A DNA stretch of 45,911 bases from an uncultured Candidatus Saccharibacteria bacterium. GTDB taxonomy: Bacteria; Patescibacteriota; Minisyncoccia; Minisyncoccales; JANBVM01. This document shows, piece after piece, positions 1 through 8,336 of the stretch. The notes under the pieces are model-generated. The model was not told the DNA's origin and did not search any database. It saw only the letters and a list, made by a program, of their open reading frames with translations. Position 1 is the first letter of the stretch. The number at the start of each line of letters is the position of its first letter. The stretch lies in NCBI GenBank assembly GCA_964566875.1, contig CAZMJM010000001.1, positions 11,650 through 57,560 of the forward strand, written 5' to 3'. A program made the translations under genes and the position numbers.

Positions 1-81
1 TCTTATACAGAGGACCAGATTATTACTACCAGCCCGGAAGAGGTAATGAGAATAAAAAAGGCCAAGAAGGCCGGATTATGA
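1..81 (+). CDS. 3' end of an unidentified CDS entering from the left edge (...EDQIITTSPEEVMRIKKAKKAGL*)
   Basis: Frame 1 is open from base 1 to the TGA at 79-81. A hairpin terminator follows directly. The fragment is too short to assign a product. Confidence 0.3.
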   Translation, partial: SYTEDQIITTSPEEVMRIKKAKKAGL

Positions 82-84
82 AAT

Positions 85-112
85 AAAAAATCCCTCTAAT
101 GAGGGATTTTTC
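85..112. terminator. Bidirectional intrinsic terminator between the left-edge CDS (+) and jag (-)
   Basis: A-tract 85-90, stem ATCCCTC 90-96, loop TAAT, stem GAGGGAT 101-107, then T-tract 108-112. Confidence 0.6.
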
Positions 113-123
113 TTTCCGCTGAT

Positions 124-585
124 TTATGAATAGGGTCGTATCACGACCCTTCTTTCCGGTTCCAGGCCAATGCTTTCCGTGGTGACGTCCGTCCTTTCGG
201 CCAACTCCAGATGGATAATCCTCCTCTCGTAGGCCGGCATCGGAGGTAAAACTTTTTCTTTCTTCATTAGAGAAACTTCGTTGGCAATGGAGCTAGCCAA
301 TTCCCTGAGATATCTTTTCTTCTTTTCTTTGTAGCCGTTGATATCAAGGTCTATATAAAAGTCTTCCTGTATTTCCCTTCTCAAAATAGCTTTCAGTACG
401 TGCTGGAAATCTGTGAGGGTTTGGCCCCCCTCTCCTATCAGTACCTGGGGATTATCGCTCTCCAGGTTGATGGGTATGGTCAGGTCACGTTGAGGCAGGA
501 CTTCCACGTCCACCTCAAAAGTCGTCTTATCAAAAAATTCCCTGGTAATCTCTTTTATCCTTTCAATTTGATTTGGGCTTATCAT
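124..585 (-). CDS. jag: Jag/KhpB-type RNA-binding protein (KH + R3H domains)
   Basis: KH-like LIGEGGQTL and R3H-like PMPAYERRIIHLELAE motifs. Canonical position downstream of yidC. Confidence 0.8.
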   Translation of the reverse strand: MISPNQIERIKEITREFFDKTTFEVDVEVLPQRDLTIPINLESDNPQVLIGEGGQTLTDFQHVLKAILRREIQEDFYIDLDINGYKEKKKRYLRELASSIANEVSLMKKEKVLPPMPAYERRIIHLELAERTDVTTESIGLEPERRVVIRPYS

Positions 586-1303
586 GGTTTTGGAGCATAT
601 ATTGCTGAATTATAGAAAATATTGAAGTGGTAATCCAGTAAAGACCCAGGGCTGCCGGCAGCCTCAAGAGGATAATAAAGGTGAAGCCGGAAAGGAAATA
701 GGGCATCTGCCGCTGGGTTAAATTACTGATATAATCCGCGCCCTTATCTTTCTTTTTTTCCTGCTTATTGGTATCCGGGGCGACATTAAGGGTTTTAAGC
801 TGGATAAATTGGAGTACCGCCGCCACGACGGCCAGCCAGACGCTCGCGCTGCCCAGGTTTAGGATTCCCAGAAACGTATAATTTATCTCTCCGGGATGAG
901 GGACAAAACCATATAAGCCGGTCAGGTTGTCGGGCACCAGGCCCTTCTGGAACACTGAAAAGAGGGCGAGCAGGAGAGGCAGCTGTATGAGCAACGGCAC
1001 AAAGGCGCTGAATGGGCTGATATCGTGCTCCTTATAAAGATTGAGTATTTCCCTGGCCTGTTTCTCCTGGTCATCCTTAAGCCTTTCCTGGATATCCTTC
1101 AGCTTCGGCTGCATGGCGGTTAAGGCTCTTTGATTCCTTATATTCTGCGCCATCAGGGGATAGAGGAGCAATCTGATGATACAGGTCAGCACAATAATGG
1201 CTATCCCGAAGTCATGCCCTGGAAAATATTCATACAACAGGATGAGGATGTTAAACAGCGGCTGGTATAATACTATATTAAAGGTTTCTGTAAATATATT
1301 CAT
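563..1303 (-). CDS. yidC: YidC/Oxa1-family membrane protein insertase (short form)
   Basis: Multi-TM protein with MQPKLKDIQERLKDDQEKQAREILNLYKEHDISPF and LIQLPLLLALF motifs. Lies in rnpA-yidC-jag synteny. Confidence 0.85.
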   Translation of the reverse strand: MNIFTETFNIVLYQPLFNILILLYEYFPGHDFGIAIIVLTCIIRLLLYPLMAQNIRNQRALTAMQPKLKDIQERLKDDQEKQAREILNLYKEHDISPFSAFVPLLIQLPLLLALFSVFQKGLVPDNLTGLYGFVPHPGEINYTFLGILNLGSASVWLAVVAAVLQFIQLKTLNVAPDTNKQEKKKDKGADYISNLTQRQMPYFLSGFTFIILLRLPAALGLYWITTSIFSIIQQYMLQNHDKPKSN

Positions 1304-1674
1304 TGGTTTAAAACGCCTGCCTTCCTTAAAGCCCTTTTAACCCCCTCGTGGATCTCTGTAAAACTTTTTCCTTTCGCGCTAGGCAGGGCTATCAGTACAA
1401 CATCCAGACTCTTCTGGAAACATTTGTCAAAGCTCTCAGGCTTTTTATCGCACCCCAATTCTTCCTGGACTGCGCTCCTGAATCGCCTCTTCACCTTGTT
1501 CCTGACGACCGCCTTTTTGGAGACCTTCTGAGAAACTATAAACCCAAATCTCATCTTTCCCTCGTTGGTCTTTGCTGTTTTTAAAACAAAAAATGTTTCC
1601 ATGAAACCCTTTCCTTTCTTTAAAACTTCGTCAAAGTCTTTCTTCTTGCACAATCTGAATTCTTTCGCCAACAT
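1300..1674 (-). CDS. rnpA: Ribonuclease P protein component
   Basis: Basic 124-aa protein with KKAVVRNKVKRRFR (RNR-type motif). Sits between rpmH and yidC. Confidence 0.85.
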   Translation of the reverse strand: MLAKEFRLCKKKDFDEVLKKGKGFMETFFVLKTAKTNEGKMRFGFIVSQKVSKKAVVRNKVKRRFRSAVQEELGCDKKPESFDKCFQKSLDVVLIALPSAKGKSFTEIHEGVKRALRKAGVLNQ

Positions 1675-1678
1675 TAAA

Positions 1679-1813
1679 TTAGGGGGTAAGTTTTTTCCGC
1701 CCCTTTTTTCTTCTTCTTTTAAGGACTTTCCTCCCGGATTTCGTACTTTTTCTTTTTAAAAATCCGTGGGTTTTTTTCCTTTTGCCTTTTCGCGGCTGAT
1801 AGGTTATTGACAT
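1679..1813 (-). CDS. rpmH: 50S ribosomal protein L34 (44 aa, below the ORF-track cutoff)
   Basis: Manual reverse-complement translation gives [47 protein letters not shown] is at 1811-1813 and TAA at 1679-1681. Classic L34 sequence, located directly upstream of rnpA. Confidence 0.9.
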   Translation of the reverse strand: MSITYQPRKGKRKKTHGFLKRKSTKSGRKVLKRRRKKGRKKLTP

Positions 1814-2065
1814 ATGGTTCATTTTAGACATAAAAATAATAAGAGTCAATTATACGGCTTTTTCGTGAAAAATAATGAAAAAGAAAAAGGGTGGAAATTA
1901 ATCCACAGTTTTTACCCATATTATCAACAAAGCAGCTTCTTTTCTTTTTATTTTACATTCTTTTGACATATAGTATAATTAAAAAGTATTCGGCGGCTCG
2001 AATCCTTTTTTAACAAATTATTAACTGGCTGTGAAAAAGCCTGGTAAATCAGTTACCACATCTCT
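1814..2065. other. AT-rich rpmH/dnaA divergent intergenic region: candidate oriC part and dnaA promoter
   Basis: TAATCCACA (1899-1907) and TTATCAACA (1921-1929) each match 8/9 of the TTATCCACA DnaA box. Long A/T runs are present. TTACAT (1953-1958) and TATAAT (1974-1979) are promoter-like hexamers with a short 15-nt spacer. Confidence 0.45.
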
Positions 2066-3418
2066 ATGAACCACGAAGAACTCTGGCAAACGGTTCTGGC
2101 TCAAATCCAACTGCAAATTTCCTCCGCTAACTTCGCTACCTGGTTTAAGAATACCGAGATAGCTTCTCAAAGAGACGGGACTGTTTATGTTTCCGTCCCC
2201 AACTCCTTTGCCAAGGAATGGCTTGAGCAAAAATATAACAAAACCATCTTTAAGGTTTTACATAATCTGGACACCAGCATAAAGTCCATCCAGTACGAAG
2301 TAGGAAAACGGGTAATGAAGATATCTCCGCAAATGCCAGCTGCCATTTCTGAAGAAAGCGCGCAATTGGAATTTGATAACTTCGCAGTAGAGAAGGACAC
2401 CAATCTTAATAAAAAATATACCTTTGAAAATTTCGTGGTCGGTCCCTTTAATGAATTGGCGCAAGCAGCCGCTTGGGCCACCGCTCAGAATCCAGGACAG
2501 GTCTACAACCCGCTTTTTATTTACGGCGGAGTAGGGTTAGGCAAGACCCACCTCCTTCAGGCTGTCGGTAATGAGATAGGTAAAAATTTCCAAGACAATA
2601 AAGTGAAGTATATCCCGTCAGAAAAGTTTGTTTCCGAAGTTATAGCCGCTATTAGAAACCGTAATACCGAAGACCTGAAACTGAAATATCAAAGGATTGA
2701 CACTCTCATTATTGACGATATTCAATTCCTGGCAGGAAAGGAAAAAACCCAGGAAGAGTTCTTTTATACTTTCAACGGCCTTTATGAAAAGAATAAACAA
2801 ATTATCCTTTCCTCCGACCGTCCCCCAAAAGCCATCCCTGCCCTCACTGAACGATTAAGGTCCCGCTTTGAAGGAGGAATGATAGCGGATATCTCTCTCC
2901 CCGACCTTGAGACCAGGATAGCTATTTTAAAAACCAAGTGCCAGGAGAGGAAAAACGAGTTATCCGACGAGGTACTTACCTATATCGCCTCCCATATCAA
3001 GAAAAATATCAGGGAATTGGAAGGAGCCCTCAACATCCTGGCTGCCTATCAGAAACTAAATAATTCCTCTCCCGACCTGGCAACCGCCAAATCCCTGCTT
3101 AAAAACCTCACATCCTCCCAAACCAAAATCGTAAACGCTAAAAAAATTATCGGGTCGGTGGCTGATTTTTATGACCTTAAAACAAAGGAATTAATATCCA
3201 AATCTAGGAAAAAAGAAATAGTGAAGCCGAGACAGATAGCCATGTACCTATTAAGAAAAGAATTAAAAGCCTCTTTCCCGTTTATAGGCAGGAAACTCGG
3301 GGGAAAGGACCACACCACCGCCATTCATGCTTATGAAAAAATTTCCAAGGCCGTTAAAAAAGACGAGGGCCTGAGTGAAGAAATAGAGTTAATAAAACAG
3401 CGGGTTTTATGTGGGTAA
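2066..3418 (+). CDS. dnaA: Chromosomal replication initiator DnaA
   Basis: Walker A GGVGLGKTHLL, sensor and box VII region, and C-terminal DNA-binding helix KDHTTAIHAYEKI. Confidence 0.97.
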   Translation: MNHEELWQTVLAQIQLQISSANFATWFKNTEIASQRDGTVYVSVPNSFAKEWLEQKYNKTIFKVLHNLDTSIKSIQYEVGKRVMKISPQMPAAISEESAQLEFDNFAVEKDTNLNKKYTFENFVVGPFNELAQAAAWATAQNPGQVYNPLFIYGGVGLGKTHLLQAVGNEIGKNFQDNKVKYIPSEKFVSEVIAAIRNRNTEDLKLKYQRIDTLIIDDIQFLAGKEKTQEEFFYTFNGLYEKNKQIILSSDRPPKAIPALTERLRSRFEGGMIADISLPDLETRIAILKTKCQERKNELSDEVLTYIASHIKKNIRELEGALNILAAYQKLNNSSPDLATAKSLLKNLTSSQTKIVNAKKIIGSVADFYDLKTKELISKSRKKEIVKPRQIAMYLLRKELKASFPFIGRKLGGKDHTTAIHAYEKISKAVKKDEGLSEEIELIKQRVLCG

Positions 3419-3550
3419 GCTGTGGAGATTTTTAAACACTAAATAATAAACAGCTTCTGCACCCGAGACAACCACTAGTATATCCTCATCTTTTCCTCAC
3501 CTTATTTAGATTTAAAAAATAAATTATTAACAACCACAGTAATAACAACA
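3410..3550. other. dnaA-dnaN spacer with DnaA-box-like sites and an AT-rich tract (alternative or second oriC part)
   Basis: TGTGGGTAA (3410-3418, 8/9 to TGTGGATAA, overlapping the dnaA stop). TGTGGAGAT (3421-3429, 7/9). A very AT-rich stretch follows at 3500-3550. Confidence 0.3.
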
Positions 3551-4675
3551 ATGAAATTAACTATATTAAAGAACAAACTTAATGAGGGTGTAAAAGTTGT
3601 GGAAAGAATCTCTCAAAAATCCCTGACCCTCCCCATTTTACAGAACACCCTCTTTACTGCGGAAAAGAATTTTTTAAGGCTTTCCAGTACTAACCTGGAG
3701 TCAAGCATAAGGTGGCAGGGGTTAGCTAAAGTGGAAAAAGAAGGACAGATATGCATACCTACAAAGTTCTTATCCAGTTTAATTGGTTCGCTTCCTGATA
3801 AACCTATAGAGCTGGAAGTAAAAAATCTCTCACTGAATCTAAGGTGTGAAAATTTTAATACTAAAATCAAAGGATTAAGTCCGGAAGATTTTCCCATTAT
3901 TCCCCAGCCCAAAGAGGGGAAGTCTGTAATTATCAATAACGCCGATCTCTGCCGCGCCCTAACACAGATTATTAATATCCCATCACCTTCAAACACCAGG
4001 CCTGAAATTTCCGGAGTTTACCTTTCTTTTCATCCCGACTCCATTAAAATGGTAGCCACTGACAGTTTCCGGCTGGCTGAGAAAAAAATATTTCTTAAAA
4101 CGGGCCTTCCCAAAGAGTATTCTTTAATACTGCCCCAAACGGCTGCCAAAGAAATTATAGGAGTCTTCGGGGACAGAGAAGGAGATATAAGGGTTTATTT
4201 ATCTCCCAATCAGGTATTGTTTGAATACGCCGCCGATAAGGTCGCCCAACCCCGGATAGAATTTACTTCTCGGTTGGTGGAGGGGGAATATCCTGATTAT
4301 CAGGAGATTGTCCCCAAAGAGTACCACACTGAGACACAGGTTAAGAAGAAAGACTTTCTTAATCAGGTGAAGGCCGCCAGCCTATTCAGCGGGAAGATAA
4401 ACGAAGTAAAGATAAGTTTTAATACCAAGGAGGGGAGAGTTAATATCGCCAGCCAGAGCCCGGACCTGGGTGAGTACGACAGTTTTTTTAAGGGTAAGGT
4501 TAAGGGACAGGACGTTGCCATATCCTTTAATCATAGGTTTCTCGTGGATGGTATTTCCGAAATTAATACCGACGAGGTCATTTTTAACCTGACCAACGAA
4601 GATGGGCCAGCCGCCTTAAAACCCACGGGTAAGAGCGATTATCTTTATATTATAATGCCCATAAAGCCGTCATAA
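3551..4675 (+). CDS. dnaN: DNA polymerase III beta sliding clamp
   Basis: 374-aa three-domain clamp pattern (ATDSFRLAE, FNHRFLVDG, GPAALKP) immediately after dnaA. Confidence 0.95.
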   Translation: MKLTILKNKLNEGVKVVERISQKSLTLPILQNTLFTAEKNFLRLSSTNLESSIRWQGLAKVEKEGQICIPTKFLSSLIGSLPDKPIELEVKNLSLNLRCENFNTKIKGLSPEDFPIIPQPKEGKSVIINNADLCRALTQIINIPSPSNTRPEISGVYLSFHPDSIKMVATDSFRLAEKKIFLKTGLPKEYSLILPQTAAKEIIGVFGDREGDIRVYLSPNQVLFEYAADKVAQPRIEFTSRLVEGEYPDYQEIVPKEYHTETQVKKKDFLNQVKAASLFSGKINEVKISFNTKEGRVNIASQSPDLGEYDSFFKGKVKGQDVAISFNHRFLVDGISEINTDEVIFNLTNEDGPAALKPTGKSDYLYIIMPIKPS

Positions 4676-4710
4676 TAAGGGCGGAGTAATCTTTAACCGA
4701 AAACCCCACA

Positions 4711-6708
4711 TTATGGTGTGGGGTTTGTTGATGTAGAAATGTTTTCCGGGATTATTACTTTTGTTGGCGGGGTGGGTTTTATAAAACTTTCTTCCGGGAA
4801 ACGAGGGAGGGTATTATCCATAAATTCATGGAAAATCGGACCCGCCAGCGTCACGGCCGGCTTGGCGGCCATCGGGGCATTGTTGTTGTTGCCTACCCAC
4901 ACTCCGGTCACCAAAGAGGGAGTGTACCCGATGGTCCAGGCGTCCCTATAATTCTGGGTGGTTCCCGTTTTTGCTGCGACCTGATAATCTGCGAAGTAAA
5001 GATTGGAACGGGATCCAAACATCGGAGACCTGGCTTGGTTATCAGAAAGTATGTCGCTGACCATTCTGGCCGCTTCACTGTCTAATACCGCCATAGGCTC
5101 TTTCTTATTCTCTTCCAAAACGCGGCCGTTCGCATCTTCTACCTTCAAGATGGAGATGGGGGGAACCCTCTTACCGTCGTTAGCAAATACCCCGTAGGCT
5201 GAAGTGATATCTAAAAGCTTGACCTCCCATCCCCCAAGAACAATAGAGGGGCCATAGGGAGGGTTTAAGGTTGTGATGCCCAGGTCTTCGGCGGTTTTAA
5301 TGCTGGAATTGAGGCCAGCCAGATTCAGGAGGACCTTAACCGAAGGAATGTTCAAGGATTGAGCCAGTGCCTGCCTCAGGGTAACCTCTCCGCGATAGAG
5401 GCCGTCATAGTTCTGGGGGGTGTATTCTTTTCCGCCCCAAATTCCGAAACTGGTGGGTTCATCAATAACCTTGGTTGTATCGGTATAGCCGTTTTTAAAA
5501 GCTGTGGCGTAGACGAAGGGCTTGAAGGCCGAACCCGGCTGCCTTCCCGGATTATTTTCTGTACCCACTACCACGTTGAACTTTGGGTCAAATAAGCAGT
5601 CCTTGCCGGAGATACAGTCTTCAGGAAAAGGGTCGTCATAATAGTCTCCGGTGCCGACCGCCATAGCCAGAATCTGACCCGTTTTCGGGTCTATGGAAAC
5701 CAACCCCGCGTTATAGGCGCCGTATATCTTATTTCTCGCGATGCCGTTTCTCAGGGTCTCTTCTGCGTCCTGTTGGATTTCCCAATCCAGGGAAGTATAT
5801 ATTTTCAACCCCTTGGCGCGCAAGAATTCTTCGCCGTATTTTTCTTCCAACTGCTGTTTTACCCATAAGGTAAAATAAGGGGCTTTTATCTGTAGGGGCT
5901 TTTCCGAGAACTCCAGGTTTTCTGCCTTGGCTGACTCAGCCTGTTCGGAGGTTATGAAGCCTTCCTCTGCCATTCTATCAAGCGCATAATCTTTCCTGGC
6001 CAATAGCTCTTCTTTGTTTTGCCCGTAAGGAGAAAGGCGGGAGGGGCCGTTTATCAAAGCGGCAAGGACGGCAGACTCCGGCAGGGAAATATCTTCCACC
6101 GATTTATTAAAATAAGTTTGGCTGGCCGCTTCTACTCCATAGGCGTTTTGTCCGAACGGTACCTGGTTTAGATACCATTCTAAGATTTGGTCTTTGGAGT
6201 ATCTCCTATCTAATTCCAGGGAGAGGATTATTTCTCTAAACTTCCTCTCGATGGTTTTATCGAGGGTTAAAAAAGTCGACCTTATCAGTTGTTGGTTTAT
6301 GGTAGAGCCTCCGTAGAGCGGTTTTCCTATTTTAAAATCCGCCAACAGGGAACGGATAATGCCCCCGACATCTATACCGAAGTGTTCATAAAAGTGGGCG
6401 TCTTCCGTAGCGATGACCGCCTGTTGGAGTTTCTCCGGTATTTGATCTAAGGGGACCCAGGTCCTTTTTTCTTCCCCATAAACCTCGTAAAGTAAAATCT
6501 GACCGGTGCGGTCATAGATTTTTGTCGATTGAGCTAACTGGCGCTCCGAAAACAGCTCGGGTCGGGGAAAATCCTTGGCATAATAAAAAAACAGGGAGAG
6601 GAAGGCAAACACACCCAACACGAAAACCGCCGCGACCAGTCTTAATCCCAGCCAGAAACGGCCCTCCTTCTTTTTATAGGTTTTCCTTTTATATTTTCTT
6701 TTAGGCAT
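4711..6708 (-). CDS. Class A penicillin-binding protein (glycosyltransferase + transpeptidase)
   Basis: N-terminal TM anchor. GT51 motifs ATEDAHFYEHFGID and RKFREI. Transpeptidase motifs SAFKPF (SxxK), SLN (SxN) and KTGTT. Confidence 0.9.
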   Translation of the reverse strand: MPKRKYKRKTYKKKEGRFWLGLRLVAAVFVLGVFAFLSLFFYYAKDFPRPELFSERQLAQSTKIYDRTGQILLYEVYGEEKRTWVPLDQIPEKLQQAVIATEDAHFYEHFGIDVGGIIRSLLADFKIGKPLYGGSTINQQLIRSTFLTLDKTIERKFREIILSLELDRRYSKDQILEWYLNQVPFGQNAYGVEAASQTYFNKSVEDISLPESAVLAALINGPSRLSPYGQNKEELLARKDYALDRMAEEGFITSEQAESAKAENLEFSEKPLQIKAPYFTLWVKQQLEEKYGEEFLRAKGLKIYTSLDWEIQQDAEETLRNGIARNKIYGAYNAGLVSIDPKTGQILAMAVGTGDYYDDPFPEDCISGKDCLFDPKFNVVVGTENNPGRQPGSAFKPFVYATAFKNGYTDTTKVIDEPTSFGIWGGKEYTPQNYDGLYRGEVTLRQALAQSLNIPSVKVLLNLAGLNSSIKTAEDLGITTLNPPYGPSIVLGGWEVKLLDITSAYGVFANDGKRVPPISILKVEDANGRVLEENKKEPMAVLDSEAARMVSDILSDNQARSPMFGSRSNLYFADYQVAAKTGTTQNYRDAWTIGYTPSLVTGVWVGNNNNAPMAAKPAVTLAGPIFHEFMDNTLPRFPEESFIKPTPPTKVIIPENISTSTNPTP

Positions 6709-6719
6709 AACATCTACCC

Positions 6720-6747
6720 ATTATAATAATTTTCCACCTTTTTTCAA
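6720..6747 (-). promoter_or_regulatory. Putative sigma70-type promoter of the PBP gene
   Basis: On the minus strand: TTGAAA (6742-6747), 16-nt spacer, TATAAT (6720-6725), about 12 nt upstream of the ATG at 6708. Confidence 0.45.
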
Positions 6748-6775
6748 AAGAAAATTAAAACCCCCTTAAGGGGCT

Positions 6776-6946
6776 TTAATCTTCATCGAATTCATCATCA
6801 ACATCATCCCAATCATCATCTTTTTCCTCTTCGTCGTCCGTATCCTCATCGTCTGACACGTCTATTTCATCTTCCTCCTCATCTTCCATAAATTCATCTT
6901 CTTCATCGTTAATAAAAGAGAAGGGAAAATCACCTTGATAAGTCAT
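6776..6946 (-). CDS. Small hyper-acidic protein, 56 aa (MTYQGDFPFSFINDEEDEFMEDEEEDEIDVSDDEDTDDEEEKDDDWDDVDDEFDED*)
   Basis: Manual translation with ATG at 6944-6946 and TAA at 6776-6778. It has its own near-consensus promoter (7010-7037) and a downstream GC palindrome with T-tract (6757-6775). No recognisable family. Confidence 0.5.
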   Translation of the reverse strand: MTYQGDFPFSFINDEEDEFMEDEEEDEIDVSDDEDTDDEEEKDDDWDDVDDEFDED

Positions 6947-7009
6947 AGAATTTCTTTAAGGTCCTATCTTTTCCCGACCTTTTCCTTTTATTAAGGAACC
7001 TTACAAGGT

Positions 7010-7037
7010 ATTATAATTTTCCAAGAAACTCTGTCAA
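7010..7037 (-). promoter_or_regulatory. Near-consensus sigma70 promoter for the acidic small ORF
   Basis: On the minus strand: TTGACA (7032-7037), 16-nt spacer, TATAAT (7010-7015). Confidence 0.55.
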
Positions 7038-7058
7038 GGAGGGAGAAGAGGAAAAAGG

Positions 7059-7532
7059 TTATAAAGAATCTTTTTGTATCAGGTAGGTGATGGCTATGGC
7101 CAGGGCGTCGGAAGCGTGGTCCGGCTTCGGGATCTCTTTTAATTTTAAGATGCGCTTAATGGTTTTTTGAACATCTTTCTTGTCTGCCCGGCCGTTACCG
7201 GTGACGGCCAGTTTAACCTGGAGAGGGGTGAGCTCACATACCGGGAGCCTCTTCTTGGCTGCCGTCAGCATGATAGAGCCTTTGGCCTGAGAAACGGGAA
7301 TGGCGGTTTTAAGATTTTTAAAAAAATAGACGTTTTCTATGGCTAAAACGTCCGGCTGATGTTTTCTTATGACCCGGGACAGCTCGTTATTGATTTGCCT
7401 TAATCGCTCTTCGGGGCGGACCTTCGGGGAGGTATGGATAACGTTGTAGTCCAGGCACTGCAGAGACCTTGTTTTTTTAACTATACCGTATCCCGTGCTG
7501 GCTGTGCCCGGGTCAACGCCCAATATAATCAT
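7059..7532 (-). CDS. ruvC: Holliday junction resolvase RuvC
   Basis: MIILGVDPGTASTGYGIV N-terminus and catalytic acidic residues (ENVYF, DASDALAIA). Confidence 0.92.
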   Translation of the reverse strand: MIILGVDPGTASTGYGIVKKTRSLQCLDYNVIHTSPKVRPEERLRQINNELSRVIRKHQPDVLAIENVYFFKNLKTAIPVSQAKGSIMLTAAKKRLPVCELTPLQVKLAVTGNGRADKKDVQKTIKRILKLKEIPKPDHASDALAIAITYLIQKDSL

Positions 7533-8263
7533 ACCTTTAGGTCCGAGTATACATCCTGAACGTCTTCATTATCATCAAGGGCATCAAAGAGCTTTAAGGC
7601 CGAGGCTTTTTTCTTTTCATCCATCTCCACCTCTTTATTCGGCTTCCATTCCAGGGAACTTGAGTCTATTTTGAAACCCTTATTTTCTAAAGCATTTTTT
7701 ACCTTCTCCAATTTTTCCGGGGCCGTATAGATATCAAGATAATTTTCTCTCCATATGGTGTCCTCGGCGCCCGTCTCAATGGCGGTTAACTCAGCCTGGT
7801 CCCTCTCCTTAAGCTCTTCTTTCTGTTCATCGATGTTAATCGAGACGCACCCCTTTCTTTCAAACATCCATCTTACCGCCCCCTCGGCCACTAATTTGCC
7901 GTTATACTGGGTGAGGATTTTTTTAATTTCAGCCAATGCCCTTTTACGGTTGTCCGTGATTCCTTCAACAATCAGGGCTATCCCCTCCGGCCCATAAGCA
8001 TCAAAGGCAAATTCTTCCAACTTCCCGCTGGGAAGTTCTCCCGTAGCGCGCTTGATAGCCCTTTCAATATTGTCATTGGGCATGTTGTATGTATGGGCTT
8101 TATCTATCGCCATTCTTAAAGAAGAGTTAGTCTCCGGATTAGACCCTCCTTCCCTCACCGCGACCACAATTAGCCGGGAAACCTTAGAAAAAGCCTTACT
8201 CCTCTTCTGGGCGTCCATTTCTTTTTGATGCTTGACGGTTCTTGCGTGAGAATGTCCTGACAT
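7529..8263 (-). CDS. yebC: YebC/PmpR-family DNA-binding regulator
   Basis: MSGHSHARTVKHQKEMDAQKRSKAFSK...NMPNDNIERAIKRATG is the typical YebC N-terminus. 4-nt overlap with ruvC. Confidence 0.9.
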   Translation of the reverse strand: MSGHSHARTVKHQKEMDAQKRSKAFSKVSRLIVVAVREGGSNPETNSSLRMAIDKAHTYNMPNDNIERAIKRATGELPSGKLEEFAFDAYGPEGIALIVEGITDNRKRALAEIKKILTQYNGKLVAEGAVRWMFERKGCVSINIDEQKEELKERDQAELTAIETGAEDTIWRENYLDIYTAPEKLEKVKNALENKGFKIDSSSLEWKPNKEVEMDEKKKASALKLFDALDDNEDVQDVYSDLKV

Positions 8264-8336
8264 GTTTGTTTGGTAATTATTAGTTGATAAATTTCGTTAA
8301 AGCAAACTTGCTCTTTCAACTTTAACCCATTTTCCT

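Noticed and set aside
1990-2006. T-loop-like GGCTCGAATCC in the rpmH/dnaA spacer (possible tRNA)
   Set aside because: No acceptor, D or anticodon arms can be folded from the AT-rich flanks.
6762-6773. 12-nt perfect palindrome CCCCTTAAGGGG as a special site
   Set aside because: It is most simply a short GC hairpin with flanking A/T tracts, acting as a bidirectional terminator between the acidic ORF and the PBP promoter. Similar AAAGCCCC...GGGGTTT elements occur at 9587-9714 and 15844-15903.
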